From Rhodospirillaceae bacterium (GTDB lineage Bacteria; Pseudomonadota; Alphaproteobacteria; UBA8366), in NCBI GenBank assembly GCA_002716125.1, contig PAZH01000079.1, positions 39,644 to 103,643 of the forward strand: a stretch of DNA of 64,000 nucleotides, in the 5' to 3' direction. A model generated the notes under the pieces. That model did not search any database. It was given only the letters and a program-made list of their open reading frames with translations, and had not been told where the DNA came from. Below are positions 61,648 to 64,000 of this stretch, in pieces (positions within the stretch are counted from its first letter, which is position 1; every line of letters begins with the position of its first letter). The position numbers and the translations under genes are program-made.

Positions 61648-61863
61648 GCTTTGTAAGCAGCCGAATGAACGGCGCCTGATAAGGGTTTTGCGAAAATTCT
61701 CAATGATTTAGAAGAAATTCTCTATTAGGTGATATTTGACGCTCTGAACTTGTCATCCTTCTTGAATCGACGTCCGCACATCCCAAATGCGGGGTAGCAC
61801 GTCGGGTGAATCTTCCGATACGATGCGTGCGGCGTTCAACGTTCAAGTTGGGAAGGCGTTCTG

Positions 61864-62229
61864 ATGCAGAATTCGGAGACGGAAAGGCGAGACGACCCAC
61901 ATTCGGGCCGACCGGAAGAAACGAAGCAAAACGCTTCTATTTTATTCCGCACTGGTCTGTCGATGGCAATCTGTTTCGTCATGGCGACGACAATGCCGTC
62001 CGGTCTCATGTTGGCGTCCCTTCAATCGCTCCTGTTATTCGGCGCCATCATATTTTGCGGCATGGCGATGCTCGCCCGGGAAAAGGTCCGCGCGCCTCAG
62101 GTGACACGTTGGGACGCGGCCGCATTGCATCTATTTATGAGCATGTTCTGCGCCATGCTCGTTGACCCGCAAGCGGTCCTCGAAGCGTTGGAAGCTCTGC
62201 CGCAAGCGTCTTCGGCAATCTCGAAATAA
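61864..62229 (+). CDS. hypothetical membrane protein
   Basis: 121-aa ORF with 2-3 hydrophobic segments, followed by a terminator. I recognise no family. Confidence 0.4.
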   Translation: MQNSETERRDDPHSGRPEETKQNASILFRTGLSMAICFVMATTMPSGLMLASLQSLLLFGAIIFCGMAMLAREKVRAPQVTRWDAAALHLFMSMFCAMLVDPQAVLEALEALPQASSAISK

Positions 62230-62234
62230 CGCTG

Positions 62235-62260
62235 CTTGCCGACCGCGCGGCAAGTTTTCG
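62235..62260 (+). terminator. rho-independent terminator for the 61864-62229 gene
   Basis: The hairpin cttgccg-accgcg-cggcaag is followed by TTTTCG. Confidence 0.65.
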
Positions 62261-62261
62261 C

Positions 62262-62295
62262 CAAAGAAAAACGCCGGTGCGAATGCACTGGCGTT
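62262..62295 (-). terminator. rho-independent terminator for the CxxC-repeat gene
   Basis: On the minus strand the hairpin aacgccagtgc-attc-gcaccggcgtt is followed by TTTTTCTTT. It lies 41 nt after the TAA at 62336-62338. Confidence 0.7.
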
Positions 62296-62335
62296 TCCTG
62301 TCTGGGAAGGTTGTTCGCCGAGCGGCGCACCAACC

Positions 62336-62587
62336 TTACTTCTTGGCGGCGCAGGGGTTGCAGCCCTTCTTCGCGGCGCAAGGATTGGAGCCCTTCTTGG
62401 CGGCGCAGGGGTTGCAGCCTTTCTTGGCGGCGCAAGGATTGCAGCCGCGCTTGCCGGCGCAGGGGTTACACTTCGCGAGTTGAACCGAGAAGTTCGGCGT
62501 GTCGGCGGCCGAAACAGCGGCCGGTGCGGCGGCGGCGGTGGCGGCCAGAGCGGCGACGCTGACGGTAGCGAGAGTTTTCTTGAACAT
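62336..62587 (-). CDS. secreted CxxC-repeat mini-protein (5 x CNPCAAKKG)
   Basis: ATG at 62587 is 6 nt after GGAGGA. Signal peptide MFKKTLATVSVAALAATAAAAPAAVSA. The mature ~56 aa end in KCNPCAGKRG-CNPCAAKKG-CNPCAAKKG-SNPCAAKKG-CNPCAAKK. The gene has its own terminator. Confidence 0.65.
   Translation of the reverse strand: MFKKTLATVSVAALAATAAAAPAAVSAADTPNFSVQLAKCNPCAGKRGCNPCAAKKGCNPCAAKKGSNPCAAKKGCNPCAAKK
62339..62473. repeat. in-frame tandem array, five 27-bp units organised as a 54-bp higher-order repeat
   Basis: Units 1 (62339-62365) and 3 (62393-62419) are identical (cttcttggcggcgcaggggttgcagcc). Units 2 and 4 differ from each other at 3 positions. Unit 5 is more diverged. Confidence 0.85.
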
Positions 62588-62760
62588 AGGTTGTCCTCCA
62601 GATGCGACGTTAAACAATAAATCTTTGGGCGCTCGGCACGGTGCGGTACACCGCCGGACCCTTCCGGTCCGGCAGCTCGCGTCGCAAGCCGACCGGGACC
62701 AATGCCCGGACATATTAGAGAGATTTTGGCGATCAACAGCGAATCAAGTTCACTCGCGGA

Positions 62761-62782
62761 TTTATCACATTTTGGTGATAAA
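62761..62782. promoter_or_regulatory. operator-like perfect inverted repeat TTTATCAC-N6-GTGATAAA
   Basis: 8-nt perfect arms. It is intergenic, about 175 nt upstream of the CxxC-repeat gene start and 27 nt downstream of the 62809-63075 gene. Confidence 0.3.
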
Positions 62783-62808
62783 CCTTTGATTTCCGCGCTT
62801 TCTGGCGG

Positions 62809-63075
62809 TCAGCCGCCTTCGGAAATACGCCGACCTTCGTCAGTCAGCTTACACACCAGCCAATCGGGTTTGATGGGGTTGGCGAACCAAGGTTCCGCCC
62901 AACCTTGCGAGATACAGCTCTTGATGGTTCGGGTATTCACGCGTTGGCCGCTGTCGTCAAAGAGCGGCAGTTTTCCGCCCGGCTGCGCGAGGCCGCGTTT
63001 AAGCCATGCTAGCTGTGCCGCGGTCGGGCCTGCGCTGGCCTTACGACTTCTCGATTGCCGCTTCGTCGTGGTCAT
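62809..63075 (-). CDS. conserved hypothetical protein (88 aa)
   Basis: The ATG at 63075 gives MTTTKRQSRSRK.... The core LAWLKRGLAQPGGKLPLFDDSGQRV..RTIKSCISQGWAEPWFANPIKPDWLVCKLTDEG resembles a small protein widely conserved in Alphaproteobacteria (from memory). The longer ORF-track model is Arg/Pro-rich upstream. Confidence 0.55.
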   Translation of the reverse strand: MTTTKRQSRSRKASAGPTAAQLAWLKRGLAQPGGKLPLFDDSGQRVNTRTIKSCISQGWAEPWFANPIKPDWLVCKLTDEGRRISEGG

Positions 63076-63187
63076 AGCCAGATCCCCCTGAGATTGGCTG
63101 CGACGATTATCGTACGGTAGAATGGATGAATCGCCAAGCGGGTGATCGCGGGGCGGCCTCACAACAACACGGACGGATGGCGGGCCG

Positions 63188-63505
63188 ATGGAAACTTGTC
63201 TCGTATATATTACCGCGCCGAACGCGGCGGAAGCGGTCGCGATCGGCCGCGATTTGGTCGAGCGCGAGCTTGCGGCCTGTGCCAACGTGCATTCACCGAT
63301 CGTCTCGATCTACCGTTGGGAAGGGGCCATACAGGAGGATTCGGAAGTGGTCTTGATTGCAAAGACGCGCCACGATCTTGTCGACGAACTATCGGCGCGG
63401 GTGGCGGACATTCACAGCTACGATTGTCCCTGTGTCGCGGCGCTTCCGATCGAAGGCGGGCACGCGCCGTTTCTCGAGTGGATCGGGGCGGAGACGCGGA
63501 CCTGA
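63188..63505 (+). CDS. cutA: divalent-cation tolerance protein CutA
   Basis: 105 aa. The CutA1 pattern is present: VYITAPN.EEA..I...LVE..LAACANV...I.S.YRWEG.I.......LI.KT. Confidence 0.9.
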   Translation: METCLVYITAPNAAEAVAIGRDLVERELAACANVHSPIVSIYRWEGAIQEDSEVVLIAKTRHDLVDELSARVADIHSYDCPCVAALPIEGGHAPFLEWIGAETRT

Positions 63506-63603
63506 CCTGGCTTGGATGGACCTCTTCCCCTGCGCGGGATTGGTCCTTGCTATTTCCGGGCCGCCAGCGTCTTTTACGGACCTCTGGAAAGGAACCACGT
63601 TAA

Positions 63604-64000
63604 ATGACCGCGTCCGCCCGCTTGGCGATGATCTTCTCATGCGTCGGGCACTTCTATATCCACATGATGACGGCGTTCTACTTCGTCATTGTGCTGACAC
63701 TTGTCGTCGAATGGGACCAGCCTTATAGCGAGCTGCTGCGCCTTTGGACTATTGCGTCGGCGTTGCTGGCATTGGTGGCGATTCCGGCCGGGCGCCTGGC
63801 GGACCGTTGGAGCGTGCGCGGCACCATGGTGATCTTTTTCATCGGAATGGGGCTATCGTCGGTTGTCTGCGGTTTGGTGTCGACAAATCTGGCGTTGCTC
63901 TTGGCACTCTCCGGGATCGGTATTTTCGGGGCGATCTATCATCCGGTCGGTATCCCGTGGCTCATCCGCAGCGCTACCCGGAATACCGGCAAGATTCTCG
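63604..64000 (+). CDS. MFS transporter, N-terminal part (runs off the window)
   Basis: ATG at 63604, open to the window end. It has successive hydrophobic helices and the loop motif PAGRLADRWSVRG typical of MFS. It is absent from the ORF track because no stop codon is reached. Confidence 0.6.
   Translation, partial: MTASARLAMIFSCVGHFYIHMMTAFYFVIVLTLVVEWDQPYSELLRLWTIASALLALVAIPAGRLADRWSVRGTMVIFFIGMGLSSVVCGLVSTNLALLLALSGIGIFGAIYHPVGIPWLIRSATRNTGKIL

Noticed and set aside
62339-62473. The regular 27-bp repeats might have been a small CRISPR-like array
   Set aside because: The units are directly adjacent with no spacers, are not palindromic, and stay in frame within an ORF that has an SD, a signal peptide and a terminator. 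No cas genes are present.
62131-62736. Longer alternative ORFs over the repeat region (201 aa on the minus strand; 152 and 108 aa on the plus strand)
   Set aside because: These frames give Ala/Arg/Pro-rich products with no start signals. Only the 62336-62587 frame combines an SD, a signal peptide, the cysteine periodicity and a terminator.

Overview
High-GC chromosomal segment whose gene content and synteny indicate an alphaproteobacterium: rpmF-plsX-fabH-ihfA-merR-tRNA-Pro, nrdR-ribD-ribE-ribBA-ribH-nusB-thiL, a MucR/Ros regulator and an H+-pyrophosphatase. I can support about 70 protein genes, one tRNA-Pro(GGG), three REP/MITE-like palindromic elements, one in-frame 27-bp tandem array and several intrinsic terminators. 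I saw no rRNA, CRISPR array, transposase, integrase or recognisable phage or defence module. Roughly 39-54 kb is housekeeping. The rest is catabolic or accessory-looking: a DUF3604 cluster, a valine-catabolism trio, hydrolases, oxidoreductases, transporters and LysR/PadR/MarR regulators. I found no multi-gene system that I can show to be novel. The strongest leads are: (1) an NpRdhA-type, non-respiratory reductive dehalogenase homologue co-directional with an MFS transporter, an orphan solute-binding protein and a CoA-transferase; (2) a secreted mini-protein made of five CNPCAAKKG (CxxC) repeats with its own SD, signal peptide and terminator; (3) an otherwise intact hppA gene split by one in-frame TAG followed directly by ATG; (4) a RibBA protein whose cyclohydrolase half lacks the zinc cysteines; (5) a fused CydD-CydC exporter; (6) an AT-rich island upstream of mucR. 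All functional calls rest on motif recognition by eye and on memory of protein families, not on database searches.
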